Shown here piece by piece: positions 1 to 5,802 of a stretch of 6,799 bases of DNA. A program made the position numbers and the translations under genes. How positions within the stretch are numbered: position 1 is the stretch's first letter; each line of letters starts with the position of its first letter. Origin of the DNA: PVC group bacterium (lineage in GTDB: Bacteria > GCA-001730085 > JADFSZ01); the NCBI GenBank assembly GCA_022560555.1, contig JADFSZ010000095.1, forward strand, positions 1-6,799. The letters are read 5' to 3'. The notes under the pieces were generated by a model that saw only the letters and a list, made by a program, of their open reading frames with translations, was not told the origin of the DNA and made no database searches.

Positions 1-199
1 CTACTAAAACAATATTTTTCTGAAACATGCCTTTTACGAACCTCTGTAGACGTTAAACAGAAAATGATGTGGTAAACCATATATAGTTTAAATACAGTAT
101 TTGAGAGCCTATCATAGGTCTCTTATGAAATCAAGGGATTTGGGTAACACCAAAATAAAAGGCTTAGGGATTATAGGGCCAGAAATCACAGCAGGGCTT

Positions 200-207
200 A
201 AAAAACA
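200..207 (-). terminator. Possible transcription stop: U-tract directly after the tRNA acceptor/T-arm helix
   Basis: The minus strand reads GGCTGGC-TTGTTTTTTAAG immediately 3' of the tRNA, with six consecutive T. The GC-rich acceptor/T-arm helix followed by a U-run resembles an intrinsic terminator ending the long minus-strand array. No independent hairpin is present, so the call is tentative. Confidence 0.3.
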
Positions 208-280
208 AGCCAGCCATCGGACTTGAACCGACAACCTCTTCATTACGAGTGAAGTGCTCTACCAATTGAGCTAGGCTGGC
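208..280 (-). tRNA. tRNA-Thr, anticodon CGU (reads ACG)
   Basis: Minus-strand read 280->208: GCCAGCC TA GCTC AATTGGTA GAGC A CTTCA CTCGTAA TGAAG AGGTT GTCGG TTCAAGT CCGAT GGCTGGC T. It has a 7-bp acceptor stem, a 4-bp D stem with GG in the loop, and a 5-bp anticodon stem. U33 and A37 flank anticodon CGT. The T-loop is canonical (TTCAAGT) and the T stem has one G-T pair. Length is 73 nt including the discriminator; no CCA is encoded. Confidence 0.9.
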
Positions 281-968
281 CTAAAACATCTCTCTGATCG
301 ATACGTCCATCAACCATACGAATGATACGGTGAGCTTTTTTGGCTAAATTCACATCGTGCGTAACAACGAGAAAAGTTGTTCCATCTTGGCGATTTAATT
401 CGCTTATAAGCTGAAATATATCCTCGCTGATTTTCTCATCAAGATTACCTGTAGGCTCATCACAAAAGACAATCTTAGGTTTGTTGACAAGAGCACGGGC
501 CATCGCCACACGCTGCTTCTCTCCTCCTGAGAGCACAGTCGTGTCATGATGAATTCGATGCTCCAAATGGACCCTCTCAATGACAAGCTTGGCTCTTTCT
601 AGAGCATCCTTGGAGTCAACTCCGGCTATTAAAGACGGAAGCATAACATTATGCAAAACGTCCAGTTCAGGAATCAGATTGAAAGTTTGAAAAACAAACC
701 CAAAGTCATGATTTCGTATCCGAGCTAAATGCTTCGGATTATAGCCCAAAAGGCTTTTGCCTTCCAGAAGAACATCTCCATCCGTCGGGTGATCCAGTCC
801 GGCTAAAATATACAAAAGCGTGCTTTTCCCTACTCCGGAAACTCCGACAATACTGACAATTTCATTTTGACTCACATCAATACTGATTCCCCGGAGAACT
901 TGTATGTTTTGCCCATTCGAAGTAAAATTTTTTTGAATTTTTACGCATTTTAAAATAACATTATTCAT
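243..968 (-). CDS. lolD: ABC transporter ATP-binding protein, LolD-like (lipoprotein-release ATPase)
   Basis: 241-aa ORF. Motifs seen: Walker [11 protein letters not shown]-loop region [11 protein letters not shown] signature [15 protein letters not shown], Walker [14 protein letters not shown]-loop VVTHD. The N-terminus (VLRGISIDV...GLDHPTDG) is typical of the LolD/MacB-type ATPase subfamily. The ATG at 968 overlaps the stop of the upstream permease by 8 nt. The last 12 codons and the TAA stop lie inside the tRNA gene. Confidence 0.88.
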   Translation of the reverse strand: MNNVILKCVKIQKNFTSNGQNIQVLRGISIDVSQNEIVSIVGVSGVGKSTLLYILAGLDHPTDGDVLLEGKSLLGYNPKHLARIRNHDFGFVFQTFNLIPELDVLHNVMLPSLIAGVDSKDALERAKLVIERVHLEHRIHHDTTVLSGGEKQRVAMARALVNKPKIVFCDEPTGNLDEKISEDIFQLISELNRQDGTTFLVVTHDVNLAKKAHRIIRMVDGRIDQRDVLGQPSSIGRALHS

Positions 969-2193
969 ATCGAAGTGCTTTCACAATATTTAACGCTGCC
1001 GCCTTTTTGGCGGGAACAAGAGAAGCCATCAAGCACACACCAATGGCAGTAAGGACAACAATCATAATATCATTTGAATTTAGGGCAACCGGCAAGGCAT
1101 CGATGTAGTAAATATCGCTTGGTAGACCAATGAGCGGATTTTTCTCTAAATAGACGGAAACGCCGACACCTGTCAGAACACCCAAAAGAACACCAAAGAA
1201 TGAAATCAAAAACCCTTTAATGGTGAATATGAACAAGATATCCCTTGATGTCGCGCCAAGGGCTTTTAATATTCCGATCTCACGTGTTTTTTCAATAACC
1301 CCCATAAAAAGAGTGCTTGCAATGTTCATAGCAGCCACTACGATTATGAGGGTCAGGACGAGAAACATTACGGTTTTTTCCAGTTTCATGGCCGAAAATA
1401 AATTTTCATTGAGATCCGTCCAGTCCCGCACCCAATATGGATAAGAATAATTTTGCTTGAGTTCCATTTTAATCTTTTGCACTTGGAACGGATCATCCAC
1501 CTTCATGGAAAATCCGGACACCACATCCGGGACGCCAAACAAAACTTGTGCCGTTGACAATGAGGTAAAGATTTTTGCGGCATCAACCTCGTACATCCCT
1601 GAGTGGAAAATCCCGACTATCCGTAGTGTTCGGGAAATCGGAATTTTGTTTCCAAAATTATTTCTTTCTAAAACAGGAGAGATAATCTCCACGGAGTCGT
1701 TGATTTTAACCCTGAGAGTATCGGCTAAAACGGATCCTAAGACCACCCCCTGCTCTTCTTGGCCGGAAAAATCAAATTTTCCCTCCTGAATAAATTCATG
1801 AATCCGGGATACGTTCCTTTCATAGGCTGAGATTATGCCTTTCAATTCGGCCCCACTCACATTCTGCTGATGTCTTATCATGACCACTCCGCGCACATAA
1901 GGAGAAACACCGACAATATGAGGCTGTGAGGCAATATCATTTGAGATGTCCAGATATTGACTGATTCCAACATCCTTTTCAATCATCATATGGGCGTTAA
2001 CACCCAATATTTTCTCACGAAAATTTTCTTCAAAACCATTCATCACGGATAAAACAATGATCAAAGCCGCGACACCGACAGCGACACCCAAAACGGATAT
2101 CAAAGAAATAACAGACATCCATCCGTACTCGCGTCGAATATTAAGGAGTTTAAGACTAAGAGTTATGCGCCAATAATTTCCGGTGAGTTTCAT
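961..2193 (-). CDS. lolE: LolC/E-family lipoprotein-release ABC permease (FtsX/MacB-type fold), 410 aa
   Basis: I trimmed the start from the 516-aa track ORF to the internal ATG at 2193 (MKLTGNYWRITLSLKLLNIRRE...). This gives the family-typical N-terminus followed by TM1 (WMSVISLISVLGVAVGVAALIIVLSVMNGF). A periplasmic domain of about 230 aa follows, then three C-terminal TM helices (FLVLTLIIVVAAMNIAS..., KALGATSRDI motif region). The rsfS stop (2195-2197) sits 1 nt upstream of this ATG. The longer version would overlap rsfS by more than 300 nt. Confidence 0.85.
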   Translation of the reverse strand: MKLTGNYWRITLSLKLLNIRREYGWMSVISLISVLGVAVGVAALIIVLSVMNGFEENFREKILGVNAHMMIEKDVGISQYLDISNDIASQPHIVGVSPYVRGVVMIRHQQNVSGAELKGIISAYERNVSRIHEFIQEGKFDFSGQEEQGVVLGSVLADTLRVKINDSVEIISPVLERNNFGNKIPISRTLRIVGIFHSGMYEVDAAKIFTSLSTAQVLFGVPDVVSGFSMKVDDPFQVQKIKMELKQNYSYPYWVRDWTDLNENLFSAMKLEKTVMFLVLTLIIVVAAMNIASTLFMGVIEKTREIGILKALGATSRDILFIFTIKGFLISFFGVLLGVLTGVGVSVYLEKNPLIGLPSDIYYIDALPVALNSNDIMIVVLTAIGVCLMASLVPAKKAAALNIVKALRYE

Positions 2194-2194
2194 G

Positions 2195-2536
2195 CTAATG
2201 GAAAACCTTCGGAGCTTTTTTCCACAAATCTTCCAGATCATACTTTTTGCGGGTTTCCTCCCGGAAAAGATGGATAATGACATCACCGCAATCCGCAAGC
2301 ACCCACCCGGTATCGCTGCCGGACACCATCGGGTTTTTCTTGTGGGATTCCTTGTAATATTTTTGCACTTCCCGGGCCATTCCCAGCAGATGCCGCTCGG
2401 ATGTCCCGCAGCAAATAATAAAATAATCGGCAATGACAGAAAGCTTGGAGACATCCAGGGACACAATATCCCGCGCACTTTTCTCCTGTAAGAGATGAAT
2501 ATAGGTATCAAGAAGCTCTGTTTTTTGAGGCATCAT
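2195..2536 (-). CDS. rsfS: Ribosomal silencing factor RsfS (iojap/YbeB family), about 113 aa
   Basis: The sequence LLDTYIHLLQEKSARDIVSLDVSKLSVIADYFIICCGTSERHLLGMAREV...GWVLADCGDVIIHLFREETRKKYDLEDLW matches the RsfS/iojap pattern, including the conserved W-x-L-x-D and V-H-x-F blocks. I placed the start at the ATG pair 2536/2533 (MMPQK...), just after the stop of the upstream gene at 2548. The track ORF extends to 2611 but would overlap that gene. Position downstream of nadD matches the widely conserved nadD-rsfS linkage. Confidence 0.85.
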   Translation of the reverse strand: MMPQKTELLDTYIHLLQEKSARDIVSLDVSKLSVIADYFIICCGTSERHLLGMAREVQKYYKESHKKNPMVSGSDTGWVLADCGDVIIHLFREETRKKYDLEDLWKKAPKVFH

Positions 2537-2547
2537 ATTATTTGCAA

Positions 2548-3177
2548 TTACAAACCATCGGAACTCCACCATGCCGGATAATTGCTCTCCAAAGTAGTTT
2601 TTAACTGCCACCCAACATGGAAATCACAAAACAAGACATTACTCCCCCCGTTATGTCGATCCGAAACGGTTGGAACGGTAAGACCAAAATACAGAATCGA
2701 TTTATTCTGATGCGCAGGCCGTATCGTGAGATCCGCATCCGCTATCAAGACTTTTGTTGATTTATTCTCAATCCCATCATATTCAGGAAAAAGTAGTATA
2801 GCTTCATTTAAGTAGAATGACATCCCATAAGAAACACCAACATTATCATCCAAATTTGTCCAGTTTTTTGAGTTACCAGGCGCTGTAGGGCAATAAAAAA
2901 GATTCTGGTCATCAATGTAAATATTATTCAGATTATTAGCCCATTCAATTCGCCCCGTCCCGACTCGTGGAAGACGGTGTCTAAAATCATCCAGATACAT
3001 ACTCAATGCCGTGCCAATCTGTTTTAGATTGCTCACACACGACGTTTTACGACCGGTATCTCGTGCTTTTTGCAATACCGGGAATATCATCGCTACCAAG
3101 GTTGTAATGATCGCCAGGACTACCACAAGTTCAAAAATGGTAAATGCATAATTTTTACGTGTTTTCATCCTATACAT
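2548..3177 (-). CDS. Prepilin-type N-terminal cleavage/methylation domain protein, DUF1559 / H-X9-DG-like pseudopilin
   Basis: The N-terminus MYRMKTRKNYA|FTIFELVVVLAIITTLVAMIFPVLQKARDTGRKTSCVSNLKQIGTALSMYLDD has a short basic leader, F at +1, E at +5 and a hydrophobic helix. It is followed by the SC-x-SNLKQIG-x-A-x-x-MY block typical of the DUF1559 family. The C-terminus RHNGGSNVLFCDFHV resembles the H-X9-DG motif, but DF replaces DG. The residue at -1 is Ala rather than Gly. The start may be the second ATG at 3168 (MKTRK...): the SD-like GAGGGGA at 3178-3184 abuts the ATG at 3177 but lies about 10 nt from the ATG at 3168. Confidence 0.8.
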   Translation of the reverse strand: MYRMKTRKNYAFTIFELVVVLAIITTLVAMIFPVLQKARDTGRKTSCVSNLKQIGTALSMYLDDFRHRLPRVGTGRIEWANNLNNIYIDDQNLFYCPTAPGNSKNWTNLDDNVGVSYGMSFYLNEAILLFPEYDGIENKSTKVLIADADLTIRPAHQNKSILYFGLTVPTVSDRHNGGSNVLFCDFHVGWQLKTTLESNYPAWWSSDGL

Positions 3178-3183
3178 TCCCCT

Positions 3184-3282
3184 CTACATTCCTCGAATAC
3201 GATTAACCGTCAAGCGAATTTTTTCCGGATCTTTCAAGATCTTTTTCTGGTTTTGGATCACTTGATCTTGTTTTGTTTCCAT
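3184..3282 (-). CDS. Candidate mini-ORF, 32 aa, hydrophilic (METKQDQVIQNQKKILKDPEKIRLTVNRIRGM)
   Basis: Hand translation of the minus strand. ATG at 3282, TAG at 3184-3186 overlapping the SD-like element of the pseudopilin gene. No SD lies upstream and no family is recognised. The same frame is open upstream to 3330. This may be non-coding leader sequence. Confidence 0.12.
   Translation of the reverse strand: METKQDQVIQNQKKILKDPEKIRLTVNRIRGM
3227..3269. promoter_or_regulatory. GATC cluster: two related units GGATC-N6-GATCTT and GGATC-N4-GATCTT upstream of the pseudopilin gene
   Basis: GATC occurs at 3228-3231, 3238-3241, 3256-3259 and 3264-3267. Unit A is GGATCTTTCAAGATCTT (3227-3243) and unit B is GGATCACTTGATCTT (3255-3269), with starts 28 nt apart. 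The units lie 50-100 nt upstream of the pseudopilin start. The function is unknown. Confidence 0.25.
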
Positions 3283-3296
3283 AACATTTAATTGTT

Positions 3297-3407
3297 TTAA
3301 AATATTTTTTGGGCCCGGGAACCTTCTGTCTCAGCCGAAATGAGAATGGGCATTAAGAATACCAAAAGAACCCCAATAAACAAAATGTATGGTAAATATT
3401 TTCTCAT
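3297..3407 (-). CDS. Candidate mini-ORF, 36 aa, signal-peptide or single-TM-like (MRKYLPYILFIGVLLVFLMPILISAETEGSRAQKIF)
   Basis: Hand translation of the minus strand. ATG at 3407 is preceded by GGTGG four nt upstream. The peptide has a basic n-region (MRKY), a hydrophobic core of about 20 residues, then I-S-A|E. It stops at TAA 3297-3299, just after an A6 tract. It is too short for the supplied ORF track and no homology can be assessed here. Confidence 0.2.
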   Translation of the reverse strand: MRKYLPYILFIGVLLVFLMPILISAETEGSRAQKIF

Positions 3408-3430
3408 ACGACCACCGATTTTTCATTATT

Positions 3431-4060
3431 TTATCGATATACATTCTTTTTTAATATATACCTCCAAACATCAGGAACAACTAAATTCTCGATTGTTTTC
3501 TTTTTTTTCACCCTTTCTCTAATCTCTGACGCGGCAATCTCAATTTCGGACGTATTGACAAACAGTGTTTTCAAGACAATCTTCCTCTTCAGAGCCCGTG
3601 AACACACCTCTGGTATTTTGGGTCTCTTTTGATTACGTCCGATCACGGCTATCTTAGCGCACTTCACGATACGCTCCGGGTATTTCCAAGTAAAGATTTC
3701 ATTATATTGATCGAGGCCCATTAAAAGATACAAGAGGCCATTCGGATATATTTTTTGAAAGTATTCAAGAGTTAGATACGTATAAGAGACCCCTCCTCGC
3801 TTTATCTCACAATCTGATAAACAAAAATTCGGGTTATTTTTAATCGCCAAGTTCACCATTTTTATTCTGTGAATATACGGAGTAATGAATTTTCTTTTTT
3901 TATGCGGAGCCCGATAAGCCGGGACAAAGATAATACGGTCTAATTTGAGTTTCTCTAATACTTCTTGGGCCACTAAAAGATGTCCCAAATGAATAGGATC
4001 AAAAGTCCCGCCAAAAAGTCCTATTCGTCTCTTGGAGCCTTTAGGTTCGAATTTGGCCAT
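3431..4060 (-). CDS. nadD: Nicotinate-nucleotide adenylyltransferase NadD, 209 aa
   Basis: IGLFGGTFDPIHLGHL carries the nucleotidyltransferase (T/H)xGH motif in its NadD form. The C-terminal EIAASEIRERV corresponds to the ISSTxIR motif. I used the ATG at 4060 (MAKFEP...). The track start at 4069 is a TTG. The gene overlaps the proA 3' end by 20 nt. Confidence 0.9.
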   Translation of the reverse strand: MAKFEPKGSKRRIGLFGGTFDPIHLGHLLVAQEVLEKLKLDRIIFVPAYRAPHKKRKFITPYIHRIKMVNLAIKNNPNFCLSDCEIKRGGVSYTYLTLEYFQKIYPNGLLYLLMGLDQYNEIFTWKYPERIVKCAKIAVIGRNQKRPKIPEVCSRALKRKIVLKTLFVNTSEIEIAASEIRERVKKKKTIENLVVPDVWRYILKKNVYR

Positions 4061-5297
4061 GACCCACAATACAATATTTGTATGTTGTTAGTTCCTCTAA
4101 GCCGACAGGACCACGGGCATGAAGTTTGTCCGTACTGATACCCATTTCCGCCCCCATGCCGAATTCAAATCCATCCGTAAATCGTGTTGAGGCATTCACG
4201 TAGACCGTCGCTGAATCCACATCTTTCATGAATCTATCAGCGGTATTCTTGTTTTTGGTAACGATCGCGTCAGAATGCCGGGATCCGAATGTATTTATGT
4301 GTTTCACGGCTTCCTCAATATTTTCAACTACACGTACGGATAAAATCAAATCAAGATACTCTGTGGACCAATCTTTTTCTGTTGCATCCTTAATATGATT
4401 CGCGAGAGATTTTGTCTCTGGACATCCGCGTATTTCGACACCCTTATCCTCTAATTGTTTGATCATATCCGGCAAAAACGTCTTGGCAATGGCTTTATCC
4501 ACCAGCAAAGTTTCGATCGCGTTACATACGCCCGGACGTTGGGTTTTGGCGTTCATCACAATGTTCGATGCCATGTTTTGATCCGCATCCCGATCAACAT
4601 ACACATGACATATGCCGTTATAATGTTTTAATACAGGGATTCGGGATAGTTCCGCGACAGCCCGTGTAAGCCCTTCGCCTCCCCTCGGGATAACCATATC
4701 AATAAATGCTTCCGCTTGAAGCAGCCATTTAACCGCTTCACGGTCTTCTGTATCCACAAATCCCACAAGGTCAGGATTAGAGCCGCACTGTTGAATACTA
4801 TCACGGATAATTCCCGCAATCACCCGGTTTGAATGCACCGCTTCTTTTCCCCCTCTTAAGATAACAGCGTTCCCGCTTTTGAGAGCCAAGCCCGCGGCAT
4901 CTGCCGTCACATTCGGACGTGATTCATAGATAATGCATATCACACCGATCGGAACTCGTATTTTACGGATTACAAGCCCGTTCGGACGTGTCTGTTCGTG
5001 CAAAATCTCTCCGACAGGATCCTTAAGATCGGCAATGGTCCGGAGACCTTCAGCCATGGCGTGGATACGTTTTTCGGTAAGCTCCAGTCGGTCAAGTAAA
5101 GCACTTGAAAGGCCGGCCTTTCGCCCCGCATCAAGATCTTTTTTATTTTCTTCTCTTATCCGGGTTTCTTGATCGAGAATATTGTCAGCCGTGGTACGAA
5201 GAATTTTATTTTTTATCTCAGTATTTTCAGAGGCTAATGAGTACGAGGCCTTCTTGGTGCGGTCACATAAATCCCGCATGCGTTCTTTAAGATTCAT
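4041..5297 (-). CDS. proA: Gamma-glutamyl phosphate reductase ProA, 418 aa
   Basis: Full-length similarity to ProA: KKASYSLA...KNKIL, VPIGVICIIYESRPNVTADAAGLALKSGNAVILRGGKEA, MVIPRGG, the catalytic-Cys block NAKTQRPGVCNAIETLLV, and VYVNASTRFTDGFEFGMGAEMGISTDKLHARGPVGLEELTTYK. I placed the start at ATG 5297 (MNLKERMRDL...), which has AAGGAAG 5-6 nt upstream and leaves a 10-nt gap after the upstream stop. The alternative ATG at 5339 would overlap the upstream gene by 32 nt. Confidence 0.93.
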   Translation of the reverse strand: MNLKERMRDLCDRTKKASYSLASENTEIKNKILRTTADNILDQETRIREENKKDLDAGRKAGLSSALLDRLELTEKRIHAMAEGLRTIADLKDPVGEILHEQTRPNGLVIRKIRVPIGVICIIYESRPNVTADAAGLALKSGNAVILRGGKEAVHSNRVIAGIIRDSIQQCGSNPDLVGFVDTEDREAVKWLLQAEAFIDMVIPRGGEGLTRAVAELSRIPVLKHYNGICHVYVDRDADQNMASNIVMNAKTQRPGVCNAIETLLVDKAIAKTFLPDMIKQLEDKGVEIRGCPETKSLANHIKDATEKDWSTEYLDLILSVRVVENIEEAVKHINTFGSRHSDAIVTKNKNTADRFMKDVDSATVYVNASTRFTDGFEFGMGAEMGISTDKLHARGPVGLEELTTYKYCIVGHGQIRT

Positions 5298-5307
5298 TTC
5301 ACTTCCT

Positions 5308-5802
5308 TCAAGTTTTGTCCAAAGGGATGATTTCACCATGGATTTTCCCGTCGGCTACGGTCAATATTCCAAAGGAACAATAAGGAGCCCTTCGTTTATC
5401 CGTCGCACTACCCGGGTTAAAAAATAATTTTCCGTCTTTTTCGATATTAAGCGGCGCGTGTGAATGCCCAAAAACATACGCGTCCACATGTTCATCGACA
5501 AACGCCATTTCAACGGATTCCCGGACTTCATCCGGAGCTCCGCGGCCGTGAAATAAACCAATTTTAATACCTTCAAATTCCAAAACCTGTCTTCTGGGGT
5601 ATTTCTTTCGAATCATATCTTCATCCATATTCCCAAAAACAGCGTAAAATGGTTTGCCCAAATTCTCTAAGACTTCGGCAACGGTATCATTAACAAAATC
5701 ACCGCAGTGAATAATAGCATCAACATCCGTAAAAAGATCGAGCAACTTTTCGGGGATTTTCTCTTTGGTTAAATGCGTATCTGCTATGACACCGATTCTC
5801 AT
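5308..5802 (-). CDS. YfcE / MJ0936-family metallophosphoesterase (phosphodiesterase), 164 aa
   Basis: The calcineurin-like phosphoesterase motifs occur in order: GVIADTH, HCGD, FGNMD, GLFHG and FGHSH. The small single-domain size is typical of the MJ0936/YfcE/Vps29-like subgroup. The ATG at 5802 overlaps the upstream stop in an ATGA junction. Confidence 0.85.
   Translation of the reverse strand: MRIGVIADTHLTKEKIPEKLLDLFTDVDAIIHCGDFVNDTVAEVLENLGKPFYAVFGNMDEDMIRKKYPRRQVLEFEGIKIGLFHGRGAPDEVRESVEMAFVDEHVDAYVFGHSHAPLNIEKDGKLFFNPGSATDKRRAPYCSFGILTVADGKIHGEIIPLDKT

Noticed and set aside
1-29. A possible minus-strand CDS start (ATG at 29, MFQKNIVLV...) running off the window. Alternatively, the tail of a plus-strand ORF ending at TAA 73-75.
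   Set aside because: Only 9 and 24 codons respectively are visible. This is far too little to support either call.
103-122. The imperfect hairpin GAGA(G)CCTA-TCA-TAGGTCTC.
   Set aside because: It is an 8-bp stem with one bulge and a 3-nt loop, and no U-tract follows on either strand. It is not convincing as a terminator, and its significance cannot be shown from this window.
1-207. The non-coding flank 3' of tRNA-Thr as a possible mobile-element integration site.
   Set aside because: There is no integrase or other mobile gene here, and I could find no second copy of the tRNA 3' segment (GGTTCAAGTCCGATGGCTGGC) anywhere in the window. The region is simply AT-rich spacer. Sequence beyond position 1 is needed to judge.
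2194-2511. The N-terminal 106 codons of the 516-aa track ORF (961..2511), which would make a much longer permease.
   Set aside because: The extension (MIPIFISYRRKVRGILCPW...) is Cys/Trp/Arg-rich and unlike any protein. It lies entirely out of frame over the well-supported rsfS gene. The internal ATG at 2193 yields the canonical LolC/E N-terminus.
2537-2611. The longer rsfS start (MAVKNYFGEQLSGMVEFRWF...) at 2611.
   Set aside because: It would overlap the 3' end of the pseudopilin gene by 64 nt and adds non-conserved residues. The ATG pair at 2536/2533 gives a normal RsfS of about 113 aa.
3185-3213. A sigma70-like promoter for the pseudopilin gene, with -35 TTGACG at 3208-3213 on the minus strand.
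   Set aside because: The hexamer 17 nt downstream is AATGTA (2 of 6 matches to TATAAT), and no better -10 lies within acceptable spacing. Not callable from sequence alone.
3309-3324. The GC island GGGCCCGGG (overlapping ApaI- and SmaI-type palindromes) in the AT-rich spacer.
   Set aside because: It is too short to form a stable hairpin and no partner repeat exists. It lies inside the candidate mini-ORF (codons S-R-A). It is probably incidental.
4061-4069. The nadD start at 4069.
   Set aside because: That codon is TTG. An ATG three codons downstream (4060) gives a shorter overlap with proA and a normal NadD N-terminus.
5298-5339. The proA start at ATG 5339 (MVKSSLWTKLEGSE...).
   Set aside because: It would overlap the phosphoesterase gene by 32 nt and has no SD. 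ATG 5297 has AAGGAAG upstream and aligns better with the ProA N-terminus. The choice is not fully excluded.
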